A DNA stretch of 64,000 bases from a virus. Shown one piece after another: positions 62,247-64,000 of the stretch. The notes beneath the pieces were generated by a model, which was given only the letters and a program-made list of their open reading frames with translations, was not told the origin of the DNA and made no database searches. The stretch's first letter is position 1. Every line of letters begins with the position of its first letter. The position numbers and the translations under genes were made by a program. The stretch lies in the IMG/VR virus record IMGVR_UViG_3300029554_000001. One strand, written 5' to 3'.

Positions 62247-62720
62247 ATGTCAGTGTCTATTATTCAGGGAGATGTCCTTAAGACTTCGGCAAAGTATATT
62301 TGTCATCAGGTTAATACCTTTGGTGTAATGGGCGCTGGTGTTGCTCTTCAAATTAAGAAGAATTATCCTCATGTTTATTTGGAGTATAATAAGTTTTGTA
62401 GTTATCATACTCCTGAAGAGCTCTATGGTAAAGTTCTTCGAATTGAGGAAAATAAAGATAGAGTTTTCTTGAACATGTTTTCTCAGATTGGTATTGGTGG
62501 ACCAAATGTAAACACCAATTATGAATATTTTCATGAATGTCTTCTTAAGATTCGTGAAATGATTCCTATTGGAGAAGAGATTGCTATGCCTTATATGATT
62601 GGGTGTGGTCTTGCTGGTGGAGATTGGTCTATTATTAGCGCAGATATTTCTGATACTTTAGGACTAAGCCATATTGTACGTTTGTATGATTTTAATGGCG
62701 TGACTTCTGTGAAAAAGTAA
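62247..62720 (+). CDS. macro-domain protein (ADP-ribose binding/hydrolase)
   Basis: RBS AAAGGAGAAGG then ATG. IIQGDVL...YICHQVNTFGVMGAGVALQIKK...IAMPYMIGCGLAGGDW is a macro-domain signature. Confidence 0.75.
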   Translation: MSVSIIQGDVLKTSAKYICHQVNTFGVMGAGVALQIKKNYPHVYLEYNKFCSYHTPEELYGKVLRIEENKDRVFLNMFSQIGIGGPNVNTNYEYFHECLLKIREMIPIGEEIAMPYMIGCGLAGGDWSIISADISDTLGLSHIVRLYDFNGVTSVKK

Positions 62721-62722
62721 TT

Positions 62723-63196
62723 ATGAAAGTTTGGCTTAAATATATAGATTATTGTTATGAAGATTATTCTCTTGATGCTGTAATGACAGAAGAGGCTATG
62801 CTTAAAGATAAACAGAGTTATTATCTTGAAGCGACTGTTAAACTTTCTGAGGATATTAAATATCTTACAGATAAAGTAGAAATTGCTAAAAAAGAAAGAC
62901 AACCTTATATTGAACAGCATAAAGAATATTGTCAGAGAAAGAATGACTTAATTAAATCTTTAGATTCATTAGCAACTCTTTCTGATGACCAACAAAAACG
63001 TATTTATATTTTACTTAAAGATGTAAAAGCAAAGTTGCGCAAATATACAAAAGAGATTGAAAGAAAAAGTTTTTATATCAAAGATTTAGAACGAAAAATT
63101 GAAAGACTCAAAAACCAAACTGAGGAAGAAATTCTTGATTCTTATTTAAGAGAAAATCGTATTGCTTATGAGAGTTGGGAAGTTCTTGAACATTAA
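62723..63196 (+). CDS. hypothetical coiled-coil protein
   Basis: 157-aa ORF rich in K/E heptads. TAA stop. Confidence 0.5.
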   Translation: MKVWLKYIDYCYEDYSLDAVMTEEAMLKDKQSYYLEATVKLSEDIKYLTDKVEIAKKERQPYIEQHKEYCQRKNDLIKSLDSLATLSDDQQKRIYILLKDVKAKLRKYTKEIERKSFYIKDLERKIERLKNQTEEEILDSYLRENRIAYESWEVLEH

Positions 63197-63353
63197 ATAT
63201 TAATTAAGATAGATACTCCATTGGTTAAGTCTACGTTTGTCTGGTTAAGCTCATTACTTTACTGGTATCTTAGTAGGAAACCTATCAGGCTAGCATGAGG
63301 TCTCTACGGAGCGTGGGGTTTGATACCATTCATGCGTGAGTGGTATCATATAT

Positions 63354-63429
63354 GCAGGATTAGTGTTAGCGGTTAGCACGACGGTCTTCCAAACCGTAAG
63401 GGCGAGTTCGAATCTCGTATCTTGCTCCA
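63354..63429 (+). tRNA. tRNA-Gly (anticodon UCC), CCA encoded
   Basis: Acceptor GCAGGAT/ATCTTGC. D arm GTGT-TAGCGGTTA-GCAC. Anticodon arm ACGGT-CT-TCC-AA-ACCGT. T arm GCGAG-TTCGAAT-CTCGT. U-CCA end. Confidence 0.8.
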
Positions 63430-63451
63430 TTAAATTTTATTTAATAAACAC

Positions 63452-63480
63452 TTGACAAAGCGTTTGTTAGATGTTATAAT
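63452..63480 (+). promoter_or_regulatory. sigma70/sigmaA-type promoter (perfect consensus)
   Basis: TTGACA (63452-63457), 17 nt, TATAAT (63475-63480). Confidence 0.7.
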
Positions 63481-63507
63481 TCAAAATGTAAAAAGGAAGT
63501 ACGAAAA

Positions 63508-63954
63508 ATGACTGATATTACCCCTATCGTAGTTGCTGTAATTGGTTTGTGCTCTTTGATTTTTACAATCGTTCTTATTCCTTATCTTAAGAAGAAGGGT
63601 AAGTTGGACGATGTTAATCATGCTCTTACTCAAGCAGAACTTATTCATAAGTATGCTTTGATTGCAGTTAAGGCTGTTGAGCAGATGTTCCCTCGGGAAA
63701 TTGAAAAGCGTTTACAGGAAGCAACAAAGTATTTTAATCGGCAGATGGAAGCTCTTGGTATTACTCTTGATGCAGATGAAGTTCGTAAGGCTATTGAAGC
63801 CGCTGTTTATGAGGTGAATCGTGAACTTCACGATGAAAAGTTGAAGGAGAGCCAGCTTCAAAATACCAATCCTGTTCCTTCGAATGACAAGATTGACAAC
63901 ACTGGTAATGTTATCCCTGATGAAGATACTGTAACTGAAGAAGCAGTAGGCTAA
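63508..63954 (+). CDS. N-terminally anchored membrane protein, LL-H-type holin-like
   Basis: RBS AAAAGGAAG then ATG. A single N-terminal TM (ITPIVVAVIGLCSLIFTIVLIPYL) followed by an amphipathic region (...ALIAVKAVEQMF...RKAIEAAVYEVN), resembling LL-H family holins. Judged by eye. Confidence 0.5.
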   Translation: MTDITPIVVAVIGLCSLIFTIVLIPYLKKKGKLDDVNHALTQAELIHKYALIAVKAVEQMFPREIEKRLQEATKYFNRQMEALGITLDADEVRKAIEAAVYEVNRELHDEKLKESQLQNTNPVPSNDKIDNTGNVIPDEDTVTEEAVG

Positions 63955-64000
63955 GATAATTTTCCTTTCTTATCTTAATAAATGTGTTGTTGAGACGCAA

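Noticed and set aside
1-64000. Possibility that TGA, rather than or in addition to TAG, is reassigned.
   Set aside because: TGA closes many genes exactly at coupled ATGA overlaps (for example 19256, 43522, 46020, 46448, 46714, 49240, 50267, 51382, 58508, 60731). It never interrupts a same-frame run of ORF fragments that I examined. Trp is encoded by TGG.
1-64000. Search for CRISPR arrays, integrase/att sites, reverse transcriptase (retron or DGR), transposases and toxin-antitoxin pairs.
   Set aside because: No regularly spaced direct repeats, no recombinase or RT motifs, and no obvious small two-gene TA cassettes were seen by eye. The only mobile elements supported are the two group I introns and the free-standing homing endonuclease genes.

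Overview
The window looks like a contiguous piece of a large, AT-rich tailed-phage (Caudoviricetes-like) genome. Every supportable gene is on the + strand.

Layout:
- nt 1-19594: end of a virion/tail module. It holds a giant tape-measure protein interrupted by a group I intron, a 1339-codon structural protein, and Dit-, hub- and spike-like proteins.
- nt 19613-64000: a long replication, nucleotide-metabolism and accessory module. It encodes SSB, a Sak4-like ATPase, DnaB-like helicase, DnaG-like primase, RecJ-like exonuclease, intron-split Pol III alpha, RecD- and UvrD-like helicases, DnaQ-like exonuclease, LigA, dUTPase, a ThyX-like protein and the class III RNR pair NrdD/NrdG with redoxins.
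- The same module also carries an RNA-repair set, an ADP-ribosylation set, three homing endonucleases and four tRNAs.

Dominant signal: TAG is not a stop here.
- All breaks in the ORF track inside long same-frame runs are TAG.
- No inferred gene ends in TAG; ends are TAA or TGA.
- One TAG falls on the conserved Gln of a GIY-YIG 'YIGQT' motif.
- This fits an amber-to-Gln (code-15-like) recoded phage. The four tRNAs in the window (Leu-UAA, Pro-UGG, Arg-CCU, Gly-UCC) do not include the suppressor.

Other notable items:
- two group I introns in essential genes (tape measure and DNA polymerase)
- a PARP-like gene sandwiched between two free-standing homing endonuclease genes
- about a dozen near-consensus TTGACA-N17-TATAAT promoters
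- two promoter-proximal structured non-coding stretches with no assignable function

Limits: functions are assigned from motifs read by eye. No database search or RNA-folding software was available. Start codons and intron borders are inferences.
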